Assembly: GCA_964468155.1 (NCBI GenBank)
Contig: CAYXUF010000002.1
Location: 37,465-101,464 of the forward strand
Source of the DNA: an uncultured Treponemataceae bacterium
GTDB lineage: Bacteria; Spirochaetota; Spirochaetia; Treponematales; Rectinemataceae
Reading direction: 5' to 3'
DNA: 64,000 nucleotides
This document shows positions 47,685 through 57,066 of the stretch, piece by piece (the stretch's first letter is position 1; every line of letters starts with the position of its first letter). A program made the position numbers and the translations under genes. Below the pieces are notes generated by a model. That model was not told where the DNA came from. It made no database searches and saw only the letters and a program-made list of their open reading frames with translations.

Positions 47685-48605
47685 CTATACGATGCAAAGA
47701 CCAGTGACAGGATCGCAGCTCCCGCTGGCAGCGCATGCTTCGATGAAGTATCCGTTGCCCGCGGCCACCCTCCGGATCTGACGGGAATCCTCCAGCTCTC
47801 GCAGCCGCGCATCCAGTTCCTCTTCAGAGAACTCGAAATTCGTCACAAGCTCCACGATAGCGGCGCGACCGTAGCGTTTCAAATAGTCCATTATCGCCGT
47901 GCCGGTTTTTTCCGGAGCCCGGTCGATCAACGCCCCCTTGCTCAACGAGGCGATCACGGCGCGGATCGAAGCATAGCTCTGGTAGCCGCGAATGAGGGCT
48001 TCCTTATCCTGAAATCTCACGAGGAGGGTTGGGAAACCCCTGACCCCATACCGGGCGGTGATGGCCAGATCATCGTGGAAGGCCTTTTCGGCCCTGCCGT
48101 CTTCAAGAGCTTTCAGGAAGCCCTCGAGATCAAGCCCAACCTCGCTGGCCAGCTCAATGAGCACTTCCCGCAAGCCCGTTTCCCTGCCTTCGGCAGCGTT
48201 GGCTTCCCTCATTCTTCGGAGATATCGGTCCGCCAGTTCCGGGCTGCTTATCTGGGCCGCCTTGTAGGCTATGTTCTGGGGATAGGTGGAATAAGAACCT
48301 TCCGAAAACAGGCGAAAACCATCGACCTCAACAGGCATGCCGTGGCGGGCTGAAGCCTCCCGATAGTGGCGTGCGATCTGCGCGTTGGCTTCTTCTGGAT
48401 CGCCGCCGATGCCGTTGCGGCCGTCACGGAAGTCCCGTATGTCTTTGACTAGTCCGCCCATGACATAGTCGATTTTCAGCTGGGGCCCATACCAGCTTTC
48501 AAGCTTGCGTAGAATGGGCTCGATTCCCCAACACCATGTGCAGACGGGATCGGTGAAGGCCACCAGCACCAGGGGGGCCGGCTCAATATTCTTCGGACTT
48601 GTCAT
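47685..48605 (-). CDS. DsbA-family thioredoxin-fold protein
   Basis: CxxC motif in FTDPVCTWCWG. 306 aa with a C-terminal extension ending in a Cys-rich tail (ACAASGSCDPVTGLC). Confidence 0.7.
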   Translation of the reverse strand: MTSPKNIEPAPLVLVAFTDPVCTWCWGIEPILRKLESWYGPQLKIDYVMGGLVKDIRDFRDGRNGIGGDPEEANAQIARHYREASARHGMPVEVDGFRLFSEGSYSTYPQNIAYKAAQISSPELADRYLRRMREANAAEGRETGLREVLIELASEVGLDLEGFLKALEDGRAEKAFHDDLAITARYGVRGFPTLLVRFQDKEALIRGYQSYASIRAVIASLSKGALIDRAPEKTGTAIMDYLKRYGRAAIVELVTNFEFSEEELDARLRELEDSRQIRRVAAGNGYFIEACAASGSCDPVTGLCIV

Positions 48606-48714
48606 AATTGAATGCTCCTTGGTTCAAGGCAATTCTCCTCCACCAAAGCGCGGAGAAGAAGGAATTGGTGAATGTATAATATCCGAAGATGCTAAGGCAA
48701 AATACCCGTCTGCC

Positions 48715-49791
48715 CTACGTTCTCTTCCTGCCCGGCAGCAGCCATGGGGGCAGGGCGATCCTGAAACCTTCCTTGCCGCGGAGCCACAGGACGAGGTTCT
48801 GCAGCACGATGAAAATGCACAGCATGAGCCCGCTCGCTATCGCCTGGAAGTTGGAGTTGACGCCAGCCGCGCGGATCAGTTCGTTGATCGTCAGGAGGGT
48901 CAGCGCGCCGATGGGCGAGCCGATCAGATTCCCCACCCCGCCCGAGAGCATGGTGCCGCCGATGATGGAGCCGGCGATCGCCTTCATCTCGAATCCCGAC
49001 GCGTTGCCGATATTGCCCGCGCCCGTCGTCATGATGAAGACGAAGCCCGCCACGCCCGAGAGCAGCCCGCAGAGAGCGTAGGAGAGGAATTTCGTCTTCT
49101 TCACGTTGATGCCCAGCATCAGCGCGCTCTGGCTGTTGCCGCCTACGGCGTAGAGGTTGCGCCCGAACCGCGACCAATGCATGAGGACGGCGAGCAAGGT
49201 TATCAACGCCGCGACCACCAGGGTTCCCGGCTTGACCGCGAGGGGGATAAAATTTCCAAGCTGGTTCGTGGTGCCAAGCCAGGGCAGCACGATCTCGAAA
49301 TCCCTGAGGCGCACGAAAGCAGCCATGGTCACATTGAGCGGATCCTTGTGGATGATCGTCAGGAGGCCGTTGGCGAGGTACATGCCCGCGAGGGTGATAA
49401 TGAAAGGCTGGATCTCCAGATAGGCGATGAGGAATCCCTGAAGGAAGCCGAACGCTATTCCTATGCCCAAAGCCAGAAGCATCGCGCCCCCGACGCTCCC
49501 CGATTCCGACTCCAGGTACACGGCGCAACACATGGTGACGAGACCCGTCACCGCGCCGACGGAGATATCGATGCCGCCCCCGATCATGACGATGCTCAAG
49601 GCGAGAGTCAGGATGATAAGAGGGGCGTTCAGGCTGAACAGGTCGAAGAAAGTCTGGTACTGCAGGAAACTGTTCGGGTAACGAAGGATGGCGAACCCGT
49701 ACATCAGCACGAATATGGCCGACGCAATGGCGAACAAAAGATTCGAGTTCGATATCGCTTCTCTTCGCTTTATCTTTTTCATTGTTTCCAC
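48715..49791 (-). CDS. Sugar ABC transporter permease (YjfF-like)
   Basis: Ribose/galactofuranose-type permease pattern (GGIDISVGAV). Confidence 0.85.
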   Translation of the reverse strand: METMKKIKRREAISNSNLLFAIASAIFVLMYGFAILRYPNSFLQYQTFFDLFSLNAPLIILTLALSIVMIGGGIDISVGAVTGLVTMCCAVYLESESGSVGGAMLLALGIGIAFGFLQGFLIAYLEIQPFIITLAGMYLANGLLTIIHKDPLNVTMAAFVRLRDFEIVLPWLGTTNQLGNFIPLAVKPGTLVVAALITLLAVLMHWSRFGRNLYAVGGNSQSALMLGINVKKTKFLSYALCGLLSGVAGFVFIMTTGAGNIGNASGFEMKAIAGSIIGGTMLSGGVGNLIGSPIGALTLLTINELIRAAGVNSNFQAIASGLMLCIFIVLQNLVLWLRGKEGFRIALPPWLLPGRKRT

Positions 49792-49792
49792 G

Positions 49793-50842
49793 CTAGGCTT
49801 CTTTCGCGCCGAACTTGGCCTGCGCGCGCATTTTGGCCTTGGCGACGAAGGCCCTGAGCACCGGCGACGATACCACCATGAGTATGATGATAAAGACCGC
49901 CTTGAAGGCCTTGATCGCTTCCGGGTTCACGTCGAGCCTCAACAAGGTCCGGTTGAGAACCTCGATGGTGTAGGCGCCGATGACTGAGCCTATTACGCTG
50001 AACTTGCCTCCGCTCAGCGCGTTGCCGCCGATCGCCACCGCGAGGATCGCGTCCATCTCGCAGTACTTGAGCAGATTGACGCTGTCGTGGCGGCCGGCCT
50101 TGGTGACGGCGATAAAACCGGCGACAGCCGTGCAGACGCCGAGAATCATGTAGGTGAGCAGCTTGATCCTCACCGGGTTGATGCCGTTGAGACGGGCGGC
50201 CTTCGGATTGGTTCCCACCGACTCGGCATAAAGCTTGAGATTCGTGGTTTTGAGAAGGATGGAGAAGAGGATAATGAAAATGAGGGTCAGGATGATTGGC
50301 GTCTGCAGGGGAATTCCCGGAATTACGCTGCCGATCTGTCCGGTGAGCTTGTTCGCCAGCACGGGGGATAGCCTGCCATCGATCAGGAAGGCTATGGATC
50401 TGCCCGCCGTGAACAGGATGAGGGTAGCCACCATCGGCTGGACGCTGAAGACGGCAACCAGCATGCCGTTGAAGGCGCCGATGGCAATCCCGATGATGCA
50501 GCTCGCGATGAAGGCCACGAAGATAGTCATCCAGGTAATTCCTCCGGCGCTCGCTCCGGCGCCCAGGAGTATCCGGACAAAGACGCTGGAGGTGATCGTC
50601 GCCGCCACGCCTACGCTTATGTCCTGGCCGCCCGAGGAAGAGGTTACCAGGGTCATGCCGATCGACAGGATCACCAGTTCCGAAGCGCCGAACAGAATAT
50701 TCGGGATGTTCCCGTACAGGGCTCCGTTGATGAGCGAAACGCTGAAGTAATCCGCTCCCTTTATCAGGTTGATCAGTATAAGGATCGCCAGCACGGAGAG
50801 GGGGAGAAGAACCTGGAGTCCCTGGGCTTTCGTCCTAGCCAT
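49793..50842 (-). CDS. Sugar ABC transporter permease (YtfT-like)
   Basis: Same family (GGQDISVGV). Stop lies 1 nt from the next start. Confidence 0.85.
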   Translation of the reverse strand: MARTKAQGLQVLLPLSVLAILILINLIKGADYFSVSLINGALYGNIPNILFGASELVILSIGMTLVTSSSGGQDISVGVAATITSSVFVRILLGAGASAGGITWMTIFVAFIASCIIGIAIGAFNGMLVAVFSVQPMVATLILFTAGRSIAFLIDGRLSPVLANKLTGQIGSVIPGIPLQTPIILTLIFIILFSILLKTTNLKLYAESVGTNPKAARLNGINPVRIKLLTYMILGVCTAVAGFIAVTKAGRHDSVNLLKYCEMDAILAVAIGGNALSGGKFSVIGSVIGAYTIEVLNRTLLRLDVNPEAIKAFKAVFIIILMVVSSPVLRAFVAKAKMRAQAKFGAKEA

Positions 50843-52346
50843 TGCCGTTGCCTCCCCCCGCGATGACGCGCATGACCAGGCCTTCCGTCAAGGTGTCGCC
50901 GGAGAGCTCGCCCACGATCGTCCTATCCTTCATGACGATGAGGCGAGAGCAGGTACGGAGCATCTCCTCGATCTCGGATGAAATGAAGGTCACGCTCACT
51001 CCCTCTTCGGCGAGCCTGAGCACCAGCTTCTGTATCTCCACCTTGGTGCCGACGTCTATGCCCCTTGTCGGTTCGTCGAGAATCAGGTACTCGGGGTGGG
51101 TGAGCAGCCAACGGGCCAGGATTACCTTCTGCTGGTTGCCGCCCGAGAGGGACTTGATGGGCGTGCTGGAGGACGGCGTCTTGATGTTCAGGGCCTTTAT
51201 GTACTCATCGGCGAAAGCCTCGGCCTGCTTCCGCGAAAAGGGCCTGAAAAAGCCTTTCATCACCTGCAATGCCAAGATGATGTTATCGCGGACGGAGAGG
51301 TCGGCGATGATGCCGTCGCCCTTGCGATCCTCGGGAAGATAGCCGATCCCCAGCTTCATCGCCTGCAGGGGCTCGCTGATCCTTACTTTTTTCCCCTTCA
51401 TCCTGATCTCGCCGCCCGTCACCTTGTCCGCCGCGTAGATAGCCCTGACGCTCTCGCTGCGCCCGGAGCCGAGGAGGCCGGTGAACCCGTTCACTTCGCC
51501 TTTCCGTATGGAGAAGTCGAAGGGTCTCACTCCCGCGGCGCTCGAAAGCCCCGCCGCCTCCAGCACGGGCTCCGCGTCGTCCTGCGCCAAGGTTTCGCGC
51601 TTCTTCAGCTGCGAGACATCGTCCAGCGCCTTGCCCATCATTTTCGAGACGAGCTCGAATTGGGGCAGCGCGGCCGCCTCGTATTCGCCGATGAACTCCC
51701 CGTTGCGCAGGACAGTGATCCTGTCGCTGATCTCGTAGACCTGATCCAGAAAGTGGGTCACGAAGACGATCCCCACACCCCGCGACTTCAATTCGCGCAT
51801 CAGCGAGAACAGTTTCTGCACCTCGTCCGTGTCCAGCGATGAGGTCGGCTCGTCAAGGATGAGGATCTTGCATTCCATATCGACAGCGCGGGCGATCGCG
51901 ATCATCTGCTGGACGGCGAGCGAGCAGCTCGAGAGCTGCTGGGTCGGCCTCGCGGGTATGCCGAGCGATTCGAGGAGCCCTGCTGTTTTTTCCTTCATCA
52001 GCCGCCAGCCCACGAATGCTCGCCGGCCCCTGCCGATAAACATGTTCTCCGCAACGGTCAGATTGGGGCAGAGCGCAATTTCCTGGTAGACGGTGCCGAC
52101 GCCGAATTCCTGGGCGTCCTGGGGCGACCTGAAATGGATAGACTTTCCTTCGATCACGATCTGTCCGGCGTCCTTTTCATAGACACCGGTCATCACCTTG
52201 ATCAGGGTGGACTTTCCGGCCCCGTTTTCGCCCATGAGGGCATGCACTTCGCCCTTTCTGAGCGTGAAGCCCACGTCATGCAGAGCCCTGACTCCGGGAA
52301 AGGATTTGGATATGCCCCGCATCTCCAGCACATTCTGCGCCTGCAA
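50835..52346 (-). CDS. Sugar ABC transporter ATP-binding protein with duplicated ATPase domains (YtfR-like)
   Basis: Walker A GENGAGKST, signature LSGGNQQK, two NBDs, 503 aa. Confidence 0.9.
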   Translation of the reverse strand: MQAQNVLEMRGISKSFPGVRALHDVGFTLRKGEVHALMGENGAGKSTLIKVMTGVYEKDAGQIVIEGKSIHFRSPQDAQEFGVGTVYQEIALCPNLTVAENMFIGRGRRAFVGWRLMKEKTAGLLESLGIPARPTQQLSSCSLAVQQMIAIARAVDMECKILILDEPTSSLDTDEVQKLFSLMRELKSRGVGIVFVTHFLDQVYEISDRITVLRNGEFIGEYEAAALPQFELVSKMMGKALDDVSQLKKRETLAQDDAEPVLEAAGLSSAAGVRPFDFSIRKGEVNGFTGLLGSGRSESVRAIYAADKVTGGEIRMKGKKVRISEPLQAMKLGIGYLPEDRKGDGIIADLSVRDNIILALQVMKGFFRPFSRKQAEAFADEYIKALNIKTPSSSTPIKSLSGGNQQKVILARWLLTHPEYLILDEPTRGIDVGTKVEIQKLVLRLAEEGVSVTFISSEIEEMLRTCSRLIVMKDRTIVGELSGDTLTEGLVMRVIAGGGNGNG

Positions 52347-52377
52347 TTGAACCTCTCTCGATGCATCGCCTTAAGAC

Positions 52378-52425
52378 CGCGCATGGCGCGGCTCCGGACC
52401 TAAGCCGGACGCCGCGCCATGCGCG
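52378..52425 (-). other. Long GC-rich intercistronic hairpin between the binding-protein and ATPase genes
   Basis: CGCGCATGGCGCGGC TCCGG ... CCGGA C GCCGCGCCATGCGCG forms a stem of about 20 bp. No U-tract follows on the transcribed strand. Confidence 0.5.
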
Positions 52426-52452
52426 CTGCACAGTAAAATTCAGTTCGGAACC

Positions 52453-53445
52453 TTACTTTGTGATCACGCCTTTGCCGGGATCGGCATTGATGCCCTTATT
52501 GAGGATGATATCATCGGTGATCGACGCCGTGTCGGCAAAAATCTCTTTCTGATAGACGATTCCCGTGGTGATTTTCTTGCCTGACTCGAGGGTCTTGATC
52601 CAGGTGGAAATTTCAGCCGCCTGGCGGGGGCTGCACTGGATGTCGCAGTCCCAGTAGCCTGCCTGCACGTTGCGCAGCGCGAAGCGGTTAAAGTCGAAGC
52701 CAATCACCTTGACCTTGCCGTTCTTGCCGTGGGTGATGCCGGCAGCCTCAAGCGCCTGCACGGCGCCCTGGGCCATGCCGTCGTTCTCGGCATAGATGAC
52801 GTTGAAATCCTTGCCCGACGTTATCGCAGCTTCGACAACCTTGCGCGCTTCCTCGGGGCTCCAGCTGTCTCCTCCGGTTCCGTCAGCCACGATCTTGAGC
52901 TTGCCGGCGTCGCGAGCCTTGAGCAATGCTCCGGAGCGGCCCAATTCGGCCGCTGAACCCAGCTGGCCACGGATGAGAATCACGTTGAAGGCGGGCAGTT
53001 TCTGGCTCAACAGCCAATTTACCGCCGTCGCTCCTTCGGTGGCCATATCGGAGACGAGGGCCGCCATGTAGTTCGAGGCGTCCGTCTGGATGAGGCGGTC
53101 GAAGAGGAACACTGTCACGCCGGCGGTCTTCGCCGACTTCAGCACGTTGTCCCATCCGGAAGCGTTCGCCGCCGAGATCAGCAGGTACTTCACGCCGTCA
53201 CGGATGTAGCCCTGGGCCGCCGCTATCTGCTCGCTGTTGTCGCCCGTGTTGGTCTGCTTCGCGTCGTAGCCGTTGGCCTTCGAGAAGACATTGTTCATGT
53301 CCTCGACGTTGGCCTGTCGGTAACCGGATTCTTCGGGGGGCAAATTCACGATGCCCACCTTGATCGCCGGAGCGGCGATCGCGACACCGACCACCGCCAG
53401 CAATAGCACGAGAACTGTCACGATTTTTTTCGCTCGACTTGCCAT
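52453..53445 (-). CDS. Sugar ABC transporter periplasmic binding protein (YtfQ/RbsB-like)
   Basis: Signal peptide plus a type-I periplasmic binding fold (VGIVNLPPEE, ISAANASGW). Confidence 0.85.
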   Translation of the reverse strand: MASRAKKIVTVLVLLLAVVGVAIAAPAIKVGIVNLPPEESGYRQANVEDMNNVFSKANGYDAKQTNTGDNSEQIAAAQGYIRDGVKYLLISAANASGWDNVLKSAKTAGVTVFLFDRLIQTDASNYMAALVSDMATEGATAVNWLLSQKLPAFNVILIRGQLGSAAELGRSGALLKARDAGKLKIVADGTGGDSWSPEEARKVVEAAITSGKDFNVIYAENDGMAQGAVQALEAAGITHGKNGKVKVIGFDFNRFALRNVQAGYWDCDIQCSPRQAAEISTWIKTLESGKKITTGIVYQKEIFADTASITDDIILNKGINADPGKGVITK

Positions 53446-53519
53446 TCCGCACCTCCATTGACTCCGCTACGTCTACGCTTAGGGGAGCGGCAACGCCGCC
53501 TATCCATCGGATTTTTTGT

Positions 53520-53568
53520 AGCGTGTACGTACACGCTGATTGTATTGCTCACTTTTCTATTTTGTCAA
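53520..53568 (-). promoter_or_regulatory. Sigma-70-type promoter with an overlapping 18-bp perfect palindrome (operator) for the sugar ABC operon
   Basis: The minus strand reads TTGACA (53568-53563), 18 nt, TACAAT (53544-53539), then AGCGTGTACGTACACGCT (53537-53520). Confidence 0.5.
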
Positions 53569-53713
53569 CTTTTATTTTCGCAGAGTCGAAGCCGCGTTAA
53601 AACAGGCCTATCCACATCAGCGGGAATATGGTTCTGCGCTAGTTGGGTCGGTCTTATTGAATGGTTCTGGCTTTGAATAAAAATATATCGATGAGTGGAG
53701 TGAAACTGGACTA

Positions 53714-53883
53714 TGGGCCCACCTGGACTTGAACCAGGGACCAACGGATTATGAGAGGAGGACAGCTCGCATCCCTAGACATCTATAGTAATATCCAGAA
53801 TCGATTTATTGGAAGAGTCGGTATCCCAAGAAATCCACACAAAGCTGGAGAAATATCTAAGTATTCTACAAGTTTTTCTACAA
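53714..53883 (-). repeat. Island-boundary repeat, copy 1: tRNA(CAU) 3' half plus about 125 bp island arm
   Basis: The reverse complement reads CTCATAA-TCCGT-TGGTC-CCTGG-TTCAAGT-CCAGG-TGGGCCC-A (anticodon loop, stem, variable loop, T-arm, acceptor strand, discriminator). There is no matching 5' half. About 80% identical to 56745-56914, with a 33-bp perfect core (53723-53755). Confidence 0.7.
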
Positions 53884-54038
53884 GAGCCACCTCTTTTGTA
53901 GACTTTTTTAATCTATTTTCTGCAATTTGCTCGCTTCAAAGATGTGGAATTCCCCCGGTTTGCAGATTTTGCTTGACAATTATAACGATCAAATTTAACA
54001 TTAAGCGTAATGAATATACTTTCTTAAAGGAGCTTAAA

Positions 54039-54971
54039 ATGCTTAGGAAAAAACCTGCTCTTATCTTTATGGTTCTCCTGGCTACAGTTGTTTATATAGC
54101 TCCTGTCTTTTCTCAGGATGCTGTTGCGATAACAGATGTTCCATTCGCTACATACCTCTCTAGGGTACAACCTAACTTGATGTTTCAGATACTCAACAGG
54201 GCAGCGGTTGAGTTTGGCAAAGAAAAACTGAAGGGTACTGTCTATGAGGGTTTGCCGGTATTGTCCCGTCAATCCATAACCTGGGCGGGCTTCCGCGGTC
54301 CGAGCGACTTTTTGAGCCTTCCTGCTGGCAATTTGACAATCGACACCATTTCGAAAATTTATCGCTATAGCAACACTGTTCAGGCCTTGAAATTGAATGG
54401 CAAACAGATTGTTGAGTGGCTTGAGTTTTCAGCAGGGACTTATAATCAGATCGATCCAGACAAAGCTGAAGACCAGCAATTGATCAATTACAAATTTGAT
54501 AGTCACCTTATGGATCATTGGTGGGATATCACCTATCAGTACGACGTTACAAAACCTCTGGGCAGCAGGGTCGTATATGCGAAATACCAAGGTAAGCCAC
54601 TCGTGGAAGATATGGCTTTTATCGTCATGACAGATAATTACCGAGCCGGCGGCGGCGGCGGATTACCCAATGCAGTTCCTGCAAATATTGTCATGAAATG
54701 GGATGTAAATTTCAGGACAGTAGTTGCCGATTATCTCAAATCCGTATCAGGCAAAATGCCTGAACTAGTTATCAACTGGTCTATCAAGCCCGTTAAGACC
54801 AAGGGAAAAGTGCTTTTAAAAACTGGAGACCAGTGGGGCGTACCGGTCATAGATTATATGGAAATAGCCGCCAAGTTGAAGCTCGAACCAGTCGATCATA
54901 TTCAGTACTTTGGAACCGATGATGTCTGGGGATTGTTTGAGATTGATCTCTCGAAGGTGGCTACGCCATAA
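54039..54971 (+). CDS. Secreted stand-alone 5'-nucleotidase C-terminal (substrate-binding) domain protein
   Basis: Start trimmed to the ATG at 54039 (AAAGGAG RBS; signal peptide MLRKKPALIFMVLLATVVYIAPVFS). TDNYRAGGGGGLP is the UshA/CpdB C-domain motif. No metallophosphatase N-domain is present. Confidence 0.75.
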   Translation: MLRKKPALIFMVLLATVVYIAPVFSQDAVAITDVPFATYLSRVQPNLMFQILNRAAVEFGKEKLKGTVYEGLPVLSRQSITWAGFRGPSDFLSLPAGNLTIDTISKIYRYSNTVQALKLNGKQIVEWLEFSAGTYNQIDPDKAEDQQLINYKFDSHLMDHWWDITYQYDVTKPLGSRVVYAKYQGKPLVEDMAFIVMTDNYRAGGGGGLPNAVPANIVMKWDVNFRTVVADYLKSVSGKMPELVINWSIKPVKTKGKVLLKTGDQWGVPVIDYMEIAAKLKLEPVDHIQYFGTDDVWGLFEIDLSKVATP

Positions 54972-55080
54972 ATTGCCCAGCAATTTCCAAAGAAGCTCTA
55001 TGAAGTTTTAAAGACTTCGGATGCAGCACTCTCGTTGTGAGGCGGGGGTGCTGTTTTAATTGAACAAGGAGCAAATAGGA

Positions 55081-56628
55081 ATGAAAACATCAAATTATAA
55101 CCGATACGCAATTTTTATTGTTCTCTTTTCGGTACTTGTATTTTCTGGCGTCGCTCAAGATCAGCCTTTTTTAAATTTGAAGCCAAGACAGATTGTGCTT
55201 ACATATCAAAACAACCCTCAAACAAACATCACCATTACCTGGCGAACCGATCAAAAAGGAGAAAAGTCAATCGCGCTATTTTCTCCCGCCTCTGGAGCAG
55301 AGATTCAGGAGTATGCACAACAAGAAGCCGAAACCTATACTTTCAAAGAGACGAAGGCCTGGATACACTCCGTTGAGTTGACGAATCTAGTTCCTGAGAA
55401 GACCTATTGGGTTATTCTCCAGACCGATGATCAGAAAAGCAAAAAATTCAGTTTTAGGACAGCCTCTAACCAACCACGCAATATAACTTTTGTAATGGGC
55501 GCCGACGCTCAACATCTGCGCACGGAGATGCCAATTATTCGCCAAGTCATTAGTGGGGTCGCTAAAGAGAACCCCGATTTCTTTGTGTATTCTGGCGATT
55601 TTGTCAATGCCGAACTGAGTGAGTATGAATGGGATTTGTTTTTCGATCTTGCGGACGAGTTATTGATAACCGACGAAGGAAGAAGGATACCTATCGTTCC
55701 AGCTATTGGCAACCACGAAGTAGTCAATGGTTACGGCGGTAACCAAACACTTGCTCCTTTTTATTTTCAGAGATTTAAACTACCCGAGCCTAAGAATTAC
55801 TATTCGATTCTATATAGCCAAGACCTGCTAATTATTTCCCTTGATTCCAACCATTCATCTCCCGTAGCTGGAGTTCAGGCTGCCTGGCTCGCACAGACGC
55901 TAGAGAGATATAAGGATGCCAAGTGGAAGATCGTTCACTATCACGATGGTGCATGGTGGGGGAATGAAAGCATGTATGTGAATATGCGCGCTTTCTGGAT
56001 ACCACTATTCGAAAAATACGGTGTCACGCTTGTACATAATGGCCACTCGCATTCGTATAAAAGAACTGCTCAGATAAGCAATATTGGATCGTATTCAAAA
56101 GAGATAGATAAAATTGTCGTGGATGGTTTAGCAAAAGCAAAAAAGGATTTCGATCCTACAAAGAAATATGCACCGCCATTACAACGGAATCTGATGAAAT
56201 TGTCGCGTGGCGACTGGCAGTCTACAGGGTTTTCTTCCTTATTCGAAGGTTTGAAGGAAATGGTCTATATGCTGTCCCTCTATGTGATTCAATCAGGCGA
56301 AGTAACAAAAGAGAAAGTGTACGATCAAATGAGTACTACCAAGCTATACTCAGATTATTGGGCTCAAGTTCTTTCACCGGACAATAAAAGCCAATTGATT
56401 GATAAGACTGCGGGTATTGTCTATCTCACAGGAGGTGGATTGGGTGCCACGATGGATGCGCAAAGCCCCAATGCAGAAAGATGGTGGATAGAAGAAACAA
56501 AATCAGAATATCACTACCGAAAAGTGACGCTGGATCTGTTGAGTGGCGAATTACAGATAGAGCCGAAGTTCTACGATCCGATAAGGAATACATGGGAAAA
56601 CAAGGATGTGATAAGGATACAAAAATAA
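55081..56628 (+). CDS. Secreted purple-acid-phosphatase-like metallophosphoesterase
   Basis: Signal peptide, an Fn3-like PAP N-domain (ITWRT), then GDF..N, GNHE and VHNGHSHSY metallophosphatase blocks. AAGGAG RBS before the ATG at 55081. Confidence 0.8.
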   Translation: MKTSNYNRYAIFIVLFSVLVFSGVAQDQPFLNLKPRQIVLTYQNNPQTNITITWRTDQKGEKSIALFSPASGAEIQEYAQQEAETYTFKETKAWIHSVELTNLVPEKTYWVILQTDDQKSKKFSFRTASNQPRNITFVMGADAQHLRTEMPIIRQVISGVAKENPDFFVYSGDFVNAELSEYEWDLFFDLADELLITDEGRRIPIVPAIGNHEVVNGYGGNQTLAPFYFQRFKLPEPKNYYSILYSQDLLIISLDSNHSSPVAGVQAAWLAQTLERYKDAKWKIVHYHDGAWWGNESMYVNMRAFWIPLFEKYGVTLVHNGHSHSYKRTAQISNIGSYSKEIDKIVVDGLAKAKKDFDPTKKYAPPLQRNLMKLSRGDWQSTGFSSLFEGLKEMVYMLSLYVIQSGEVTKEKVYDQMSTTKLYSDYWAQVLSPDNKSQLIDKTAGIVYLTGGGLGATMDAQSPNAERWWIEETKSEYHYRKVTLDLLSGELQIEPKFYDPIRNTWENKDVIRIQK

Positions 56629-56744
56629 AGTTGATAGGTTTATCCTGCGAAGCTGTCTAGATTTCTGTCTACTGACAGTCACTGGAATTCGTTTCAGGTG
56701 TTTTTGCACTAAAATATAAGTGCTTTTCTCATAAACAATTACTA

Positions 56745-56914
56745 TGAGCCCTGCTGGACTTGAACCAGGGACCAACGGATTATGAGCGGAGGACAACTCA
56801 CTCCCTTATATACATATAGTAATATCCAGATTCGATTTATTGGAAGAGTGTGCATCCAAAGAAATCCGTATAAAGCTTGCGATATATCTAAGTATTCTAC
56901 AAGTTCTTCTACAG
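56745..56914 (-). repeat. Island repeat, copy 2: tRNA(CAU) 3'-half-like sequence plus arm
   Basis: The 33-bp core 56754-56786 is identical to copy 1. The acceptor-proximal 9 nt differ (TGAGCCCTG versus TGGGCCCAC) and would break T-stem pairing. Confidence 0.7.
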
Positions 56915-57066
56915 ATGTGGCGCACCCCATCTACTATCTGAGGTGGAAATATTAGGAAGAGACTTTATGCATCCAGTAGGTTAGCTCGGTGTTTTCCCAC
57001 GAATAATGGCGAAATGCGAAATAAATGGTTTCAATCTTCATGTTAGAAATCCCTATTATAGATCAA

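Noticed and set aside
48505-49857. 450-aa plus-strand ORF across the DsbA-like and sugar permease genes.
   Set aside because: It is antisense to two genes with clear family features and spans an intergenic gap. Its translation is highly charged low complexity.
53714-53790. Possible intact tRNA gene at the island boundary, and likewise at 56745-56820.
   Set aside because: Only the anticodon loop through the acceptor 3' strand is present. The 5 nt preceding the loop (CTCCT or CTCCG) cannot pair with the 3' anticodon-stem strand TCCGT. No D-arm or 5' acceptor strand follows. I therefore treat both as tRNA fragments or att-type repeats, not as genes.
53751-54038. N-terminal 96 codons of ORF 53751..54971, which would give a 406-aa protein.
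   Set aside because: The extension lies inside the non-coding island repeat and has no RBS. An internal ATG at 54039 has an AAAGGAG RBS and starts a canonical signal peptide.
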